Of a stretch of 64,000 nt of DNA, positions 59,701 through 64,000 are shown one piece after another. Location of the stretch: positions 67,992-131,991 of the forward strand of contig CAZUBK010000002.1 of the NCBI GenBank assembly GCA_964618725.1. The letters run 5' to 3'. The DNA comes from an uncultured Pseudomonadales bacterium (GTDB lineage: Bacteria; Patescibacteriota; Microgenomatia; UBA1400; Chazhemtobacteraceae). Position 1 is the first letter of the stretch. The number at the start of each line of letters is the position of its first letter. A program made the translations under genes and the position numbers. The notes beneath the pieces are model-generated. The model was not told where the DNA came from, ran no database searches, and saw only the letters and a list, made by a program, of their open reading frames with translations.

Positions 59701-60239
59701 CGGACGGTAATATGGTCATTCTTGTGGACGTTGAACTCAAGCCAGGAGCCACGCATGGGGCGAATCTCAGCACTATGAAGAGGCCGACCAGAGTTGGTAT
59801 CAATTTCACGGCCAAAGAAGACACCAGGAGAACGGACTAACTGGGAAACAACGACACGTTCCACTCCATTGATGATGAAGGTGCCGCGAGAAGTCATTTG
59901 GGGAATGTCGCCTAAAAAGATTTCCTGAGTTTGTTTACTGCCGCCTTCGAGGGAGGTGAGGGTGGCACGGGCACGCAAAGGGGCTTCGTAGGTAAGACCA
60001 CGACGAATACATTCATCAGGGGTGTGTGTAGCGGGACCGAAATAGTGATCAGAGAATTCTAGTTTGAAGGCTTCGGCGGTGAAGTCGGTAATGGGATTGG
60101 TTTCTTCAATAGCCTGACGGATTCCTTCAGTAAGGAACCAATTATAAGAATCTATTTGAACTTGAGCGAGATCTAGTTTGGGAAGTTTTTTATAGTCTTT
60201 TCCCCAGTTGACTCTTTGTTGGGTGTTAACTTTAGGCAT
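56760..60239 (-). CDS. rpoB: DNA-directed RNA polymerase beta subunit (acidic C-terminal tail)
   Basis: Conserved beta regions. GDKLAGRHGNKGVISK. Confidence 0.95.
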   Translation of the reverse strand: MPKVNTQQRVNWGKDYKKLPKLDLAQVQIDSYNWFLTEGIRQAIEETNPITDFTAEAFKLEFSDHYFGPATHTPDECIRRGLTYEAPLRARATLTSLEGGSKQTQEIFLGDIPQMTSRGTFIINGVERVVVSQLVRSPGVFFGREIDTNSGRPLHSAEIRPMRGSWLEFNVHKNDHITVRIDRNRKLSAITLLRAMGYDNDDEIRNIFKDIDTNQDHQYIAASILKDPTRTTQEALLEFYQKIRPGEPAVLDNAKELLYQMFFDPRRYELGLVGRYKTNKRLGLNIPLTPENSVLKKEDVLATISYLIKLQNGSGKIDDIDHLGNRRVRRVGELVSQNAFRVGLLRLERSIREKMSLVKKEELITPSSLVNPRPIIATISEFFRRNRLSSILDQVNPLAEIDNLRRLSVMGTGGVTRERASFSMRDIHASQYSRICPIRSPEGPNIGLVTYMALYAKVNEFGFLEAPYFKVVPETKGGKTKMKITDEIVYLTADDEEDYFITHADVERKGDYITEEWVPARHLNKFIEVDVNRIQLIDLIPHQVVGTSASLIPFLQHDDGTRALMGTHMQCQAVPLVRPESSIVGTGMEGMVSESMGWVVRSHFDGVVISSDASHITIKVADKYQNELKKLGTTTSIQGLSVKDDTVTYFLKTFYRTAQSTCYLQKPLVKTGDAIKKDDVLIDGPASHNGELSLGQNLIIAYANFEGLGYEDAIVVSDRLVKEDLLSSIHINEYEAQVMDTKLGPEELTADIPNVAETDLRNLTSEGIVAIGSYVGPNDILVGKIAPKGETELTAEERLLRAIFGEKAREVRDTSLRMPHGESGTVIDVQVLDREGGDELDPGVIKQIKVRVAQLRKITVGDKLAGRHGNKGVISKVVPASDMPTLPDGTPVDIIISFLSVLARMNLGQLLEAQLAWATEKNGFKVGLPVFQRVNEDRITAQMIKAGLPVSGKIQLTDGRTGEPFQEETAVGIGYILKLIHMVEDKTHARSTGPYSLVTQQPLGGKAQMGGQRLGEMEVWALEAHKSAHTLQEMLTIKSDDVVGRSKAFEAIVKGTEIPESTIPESFKVLVKELNSLGLNIIPTNPIEAIAITDDTAPLAPVTVSAEESLEDTGISIRDLQNQEEDDLDDDEELEQGDLGDDEDIDTEEVVSEEPEEIK

Positions 60240-60457
60240 CTATGGACACTAAATAAATGTAATATTAGGCAGAATTAAAGTTTTAACCCGACCTTGCTGG
60301 GCTCAAGTCGGGTAAGCGCAAAAAACCTGGCTCCGTTACCTAGGAGGCCAGTAAAGGCGAATACATGGAGGGTAGTGTAACACAGGGATATTACAGATGT
60401 CAAAGGGGAAATATAGGGACTTGGTCTGAAAGGGGCTACCATATAAGAGCAGACAAA

Positions 60458-60483
60458 CTCAGACCACCTGATGGTGGTCTGAG
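60458..60483 (-). terminator. hairpin (ctcagaccacc-tgat-ggtggtctgag, 11 bp) downstream of the 60491..60715 gene
   Basis: Perfect stem with a moderately U-rich tail on the minus strand. Confidence 0.5.
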
Positions 60484-60490
60484 GAATATG

Positions 60491-60715
60491 TTATGGATAT
60501 GAAATAATGGCAGTCAATTGGGTGAATGAGCCGTACTTAGAGGCGCCGGAGGATTGTAGCCACACTACGCTTGCTTCAGGGTGTACTTGCATAAATTCAT
60601 TGACTTCTAGTTGAAATCTTGAGATTGCTTCCTCTCTTTCCTTAGCAATACCTACAGCATTGGCGCCGTATCCAGGTTTGTTCTTCAACTCTACAGAAAA
60701 TACCTGTATTCCCAT
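60491..60715 (-). CDS. hypothetical small protein
   Basis: ORF followed by a hairpin. No motif recognised. Confidence 0.4.
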   Translation of the reverse strand: MGIQVFSVELKNKPGYGANAVGIAKEREEAISRFQLEVNEFMQVHPEASVVWLQSSGASKYGSFTQLTAIISYP

Positions 60716-60819
60716 GTTGATTCTCCCTTTCGCTTGATCTTGGAATGAACGGTTGGTTGAGAATAGCGGTTCTTGATAGAAATGTCAAGATATAGGACGT
60801 TTTGAGGATGTACCTTGGT

Positions 60820-61833
60820 CTATTTCCCTAGATACTTGGTAACATTTTGGTTGTGTTCTTCGAGAGTCTTGGCGAAGTGGATGTTTCCCTTGGAGTCATG
60901 GAGATAGAACCAATAGTTAGATTTTTTGGGATTGTAAGCAGCCTTAATGCTGACAAGAGAGGGATTACTGATGGGGGTAGAGGGGAGGCCGGGATTGAGA
61001 TAGGTATTGTAGGGAGAGGAAATGGCTAGATCTTCTTTGGTTAGATTATTGGGCCACCAATTACAAGTAAGAAGCTTGCAATCACGAGTGGTCTTTAGAT
61101 ACTGGATGGTAGCGTCCACCTGGAGGGGCCAGTCACTATCAAGTCGGTTGAGGAGGACTCCGGCAACGAGCGGGCGTTCATCATTGCTTAAGGCTTCACG
61201 TTCGATTAGCGAGGCGAGAATGAGAGCTTGGTAATCAGTAAGATCCGAGTTGTTAGTTAGTCCTTTGGTTTGTTCTTGGAAGCGAGAGGTAAGCCGATTA
61301 ATGATGGCGGCAGTCGAGGCGGTTTTAGGGAAAGAATAGGTATCGGGGAATAATTGGCCTTCCAGGTTCTTAGTAAGAATAAGGAATTGGTCAGGATTGA
61401 AGGAGTAATCTTTGTTATTGGGTGACAAATTATCTACTAGGACCTGAGCCATTTCTTCTCTGCGCCAACCTTCCAAGAAGGTGACCCAACGGTCAGTAGT
61501 CCCGTGAGTTAGGGCTTCGACAAGAGTGGAGAGGCTCATGGCCTTGGTTAAGGCAAAGTCGCCGGCCTGGATTTTTTTACTCTTATTTGAGACAAAGACC
61601 TCGAGCTTGAAGGCAGGGATGGAACGAATGAGTTCTTTTTCTTTAAGATCGTTGGCGATGGAATCAAGGCCTTGGCCTTTATAGACACTGAAATTAACTC
61701 TAGTCGAGGAGGAGCGATCAATGGCCCGACTGGCGGACTTAAACCAAATAAAGCCAACCGACAGGAGAAAAAGGAAAAGAATAAGGGGAATGATGGCTAG
61801 AAGAGAAAGTGGGCTTTTGCGACGGTGAGACAT
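60820..61833 (-). CDS. mltG: endolytic murein transglycosylase MltG (YceG-like)
   Basis: N-terminal TM segment. The C-terminal block SSPYNTYLNPGLPSTPISNPSLVSIKAAYNP matches the YceG signature. Confidence 0.8.
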   Translation of the reverse strand: MSHRRKSPLSLLAIIPLILFLFLLSVGFIWFKSASRAIDRSSSTRVNFSVYKGQGLDSIANDLKEKELIRSIPAFKLEVFVSNKSKKIQAGDFALTKAMSLSTLVEALTHGTTDRWVTFLEGWRREEMAQVLVDNLSPNNKDYSFNPDQFLILTKNLEGQLFPDTYSFPKTASTAAIINRLTSRFQEQTKGLTNNSDLTDYQALILASLIEREALSNDERPLVAGVLLNRLDSDWPLQVDATIQYLKTTRDCKLLTCNWWPNNLTKEDLAISSPYNTYLNPGLPSTPISNPSLVSIKAAYNPKKSNYWFYLHDSKGNIHFAKTLEEHNQNVTKYLGK

Positions 61834-61845
61834 GGAGGGGTAAGA

Positions 61846-62049
61846 TTATACTTCCTCAAATAGAGCGCGGCGATACTTCTTGGTATCAAGATTGAACATA
61901 AAAATACGACCACATTTGCAGGTAACTTTTTCATGGCCTTTGATTTTGGCTTTTTCTCGCTTTCCCTGAGTCAGGGGCATACTACAGCCGACACACTGAC
62001 CGCGAGCAAGTAACCAGGCCTGAACGGGAGCGATTATGTTTTTGAACAT
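61846..62049 (-). CDS. hypothetical small zinc-ribbon protein
   Basis: CVGC...CKCG spacing. Confidence 0.4.
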   Translation of the reverse strand: MFKNIIAPVQAWLLARGQCVGCSMPLTQGKREKAKIKGHEKVTCKCGRIFMFNLDTKKYRRALFEEV

Positions 62050-62058
62050 AGAAGCATT

Positions 62059-62445
62059 CTACTGGTTATCGAGGTAGGATTGCAAGATGACTGCGGCGGC
62101 GGCGGCGTGTTCTTTGGAATGTCGTTTCTTGACGGGGAACTTGGCATCGAAGAGATGTTTCTGGGCCACCTTGGAGCTAAGGTCTTCGTCGGCAAGATCA
62201 ACAGAGATATTAAGTCTTTTTAATTCGACGGCAAGCCAGTCGCTTAGAACGGCAATTGGACCATTGCCTGGCTGGCCGATAATAACTAGATCTGGCCGAT
62301 GAAGAGTAATTTGATTTTTGATTTTTTCGAGAAGGACTTCATGAGTCGGGGTAGATAGAGTAGTAAGGGGGGTTGCTAGGAGGGCTTCTTCAGAGATGGC
62401 AACACCGGTATGGGATAGACCGGGGTCGAAAGCTAGATATTTCAT
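62059..62445 (-). CDS. ruvX: Holliday-junction resolvase-like nuclease RuvX/YqgF
   Basis: MKYLAFDPGLSHTGVAIS...LVIIGQP. Confidence 0.85.
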   Translation of the reverse strand: MKYLAFDPGLSHTGVAISEEALLATPLTTLSTPTHEVLLEKIKNQITLHRPDLVIIGQPGNGPIAVLSDWLAVELKRLNISVDLADEDLSSKVAQKHLFDAKFPVKKRHSKEHAAAAAVILQSYLDNQ

Positions 62446-62470
62446 AAATTTGATCTATTTGGTAATCAAT

Positions 62471-63217
62471 CTAAGTCTTAATGAGTTTTGCGGTGACAAC
62501 TAAACGTCGGGTTTTAAGGCCAGGCGGGACGCAAGTAATGAGTTTGAGACGACGATCGTCGAATTGTTGTTGAAGAGGAGAGAGATCAGTGGGGTAGACT
62601 TCGACCTTGTCGGAAACCTGATATGTGTAGGTTACTTGATCGTAAGTGACGTAGATTAGATCACCAGCCTGTAGCGTAGGAAGAAGAGAAAAAATGGACA
62701 TATAGTTTTTGGGGTTATAGAACTGGGGCAAGATGGAGTGACCGAAGACAACAGGACTGCCCAGCTGGCCGGGCTTAGCAGTATCGGGATAGTGAATTAG
62801 GGACTGTGAGAGATCTAGGGTATCAGAGCGGACGAGGGCATTTTCAATACGAAGTTTGGGAATAGACATGGTATAGGTGAGGGTGACACTTCTGGTTTGA
62901 GGGGAGGCTGATGGGAACCAGTTGTTTGCCTGGGTGTAGTCGAGTGTGTCAACTACTTGAGGAGCAGCGGCATAGGCGAAGGTATCAAGCTCAACTTGTG
63001 GGTTGAGAAGTCCTGAAGAGGTGCGAATGGACGTTGTATTGGAAGTAAGTTCATAAGAAAGAATTGGCCAGAGGACGAAGCCAATGAGAAAGAGGCCGAC
63101 AAAAGAGATGAAAAGAGGGAGAGAATGGAGAAGGCGCTTTTTTAGAGTTATCGGTGGTTGAGGAGAAAGAGGGGGGGGAGCTTCCGAAATGGCTTTTTCG
63201 TAAACATAAAGGCTCAT
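62471..63217 (-). CDS. sortase-family transpeptidase (membrane-anchored)
   Basis: Catalytic triad context: VVFGHS (His), LITC (Cys) and RLVVTA (Arg). N-terminal TM segment. Confidence 0.7.
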   Translation of the reverse strand: MSLYVYEKAISEAPPPLSPQPPITLKKRLLHSLPLFISFVGLFLIGFVLWPILSYELTSNTTSIRTSSGLLNPQVELDTFAYAAAPQVVDTLDYTQANNWFPSASPQTRSVTLTYTMSIPKLRIENALVRSDTLDLSQSLIHYPDTAKPGQLGSPVVFGHSILPQFYNPKNYMSIFSLLPTLQAGDLIYVTYDQVTYTYQVSDKVEVYPTDLSPLQQQFDDRRLKLITCVPPGLKTRRLVVTAKLIKT

Positions 63218-63221
63218 ATTT

Positions 63222-64000
63222 CTAAAGGCTTGGTTCTATATTTAGTTTCAGTTCTCCACCAAAAGGTAGACGCTTGGACAGAATTGGGAGAGGAGGATAA
63301 ATAGCATACTTAACTTTTTGAAAACCGGGGATAGTCTCTAAGAGAAGATTAGCAGAGGTGAGTGGATGACCTTTGAGCTTGGCTAGATATTCGGCTGGAT
63401 TAATTTTGGGTAGAAGTCGTGCTTGTATCTGGGCGGTGGCAATTAAATTCTTTTCTGGATCAAAGGTGGGGGAGGAAACATCGATTTTAGAAAGAGAGGA
63501 ATCAAAAGTATATCCGGCGGGTATTTCGGCATTCAATTGAGTGAGGATAAGCTGAGAGAGTTGTTCTTGCTGGTAACGAAGAAGGGAAACTTCTGCCTTG
63601 AGAGTGAGACTAAAGTCGCTGGCTTCAGTACCGGCAGATTTGTCAAAATCCTTGGTGACAATTTCAAGCTCGTCTAAAGCCACGACTTGTTCCCCTTCAG
63701 ATTTACTATTTAGCGAAGCGGTGGCCTCTTGCTTGAGTATTGCGGTTAACTTCTCTAAGAGCTTGTCTTGATCTGCTTTAGAGATAGCTTTGACAGTACG
63801 GGAAGTGCCACCGGTGAAGGGAGAACTTACTTTGGCTTCTAGGGAACTCTTGGGAAAGGTGCCAATGATTAAGCTAGCATCTTTTTCGATATTGGAGTCG
63901 GCACCAATACTAGAGGCAGTGGCGGGTATTGTTAACTTGCCATAATCATCACCACTACCATCGGATCGAGCAATTTTTCCCGAAACACTGGCCTCCTCGG
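63222..64000 (-). CDS. hypothetical protein, C-terminal part only (the N-terminus lies beyond the window end)
   Basis: Reverse-strand frame is open from 64000 down to the stop at 63222. The track's M at 63683 is an internal GTG. Confidence 0.5.
   Translation of the reverse strand, partial: EEASVSGKIARSDGSGDDYGKLTIPATASSIGADSNIEKDASLIIGTFPKSSLEAKVSSPFTGGTSRTVKAISKADQDKLLEKLTAILKQEATASLNSKSEGEQVVALDELEIVTKDFDKSAGTEASDFSLTLKAEVSLLRYQQEQLSQLILTQLNAEIPAGYTFDSSLSKIDVSSPTFDPEKNLIATAQIQARLLPKINPAEYLAKLKGHPLTSANLLLETIPGFQKVKYAIYPPLPILSKRLPFGGELKLNIEPSL

Noticed and set aside
60400-60440. tRNA-like 3' end (...ggggctacca)
   Set aside because: No T-loop (GTTCRANYC) or cloverleaf could be drawn on either strand.
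1-64000. CRISPR arrays, transposases, integrases, tRNA and rRNA genes
   Set aside because: I found no periodic direct repeats, DDE or tyrosine-recombinase motifs, or tRNA/rRNA signatures on either strand.

Overview
Almost everything in this 64 kb window is encoded on the minus strand, and it is the conserved core of a small bacterial genome. Reading the minus strand 5' to 3', the gene order is: sortase, ruvX, mltG, rpoB, rpoC, rpsL, rpsG, a lineage-specific insertion, fusA, tuf, then the complete S10-spc-alpha ribosomal-protein supercluster (rpsJ through rplQ, with secY, adk, map, infA, rpmJ and rpoA), then rplM and rpsI. An accessory island of hypothetical genes follows, then recA, recX, rny, hup, rmlB, rmlD, miaB, miaA, an AI-2E transporter, uppP, secDF, recJ, relA/spoT, aspS, a D-Ala-D-Ala carboxypeptidase and the 5' part of gltX. 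RNase P RNA (rnpB) lies on the plus strand at about 16976-17322, overlapped by two spurious ORFs in the ORF track. Several things suggest a reduced, CPR/Patescibacteria-like genome (inference only): there is no L30 between rpsE and rplO, TTG/GTG starts are frequent, many promoters are TGnTATAAT placed only 6-12 nt before the start codon (leaderless or near-leaderless mRNAs), and the ribosomal proteins carry extensions. The non-core material is: (i) a DinD/Bro-N-like gene, a truncated copy of its 5' end, and two small membrane-protein genes inserted between rpsG and fusA; (ii) an ORFan island between recA/recX and rpsI, including a divergent pair of paralogous membrane-anchored zinc-ribbon proteins; (iii) single-gene insertions at the map-infA, secY-adk and rplO-secY junctions; (iv) an HTH/nucleotidyltransferase-like protein next to an AbrB-type small protein; (v) a roughly 45-nt motif shared by three plus-strand promoters; and (vi) a candidate structured sRNA upstream of recA. 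I saw no CRISPR array, tRNA, rRNA, transposase or integrase.
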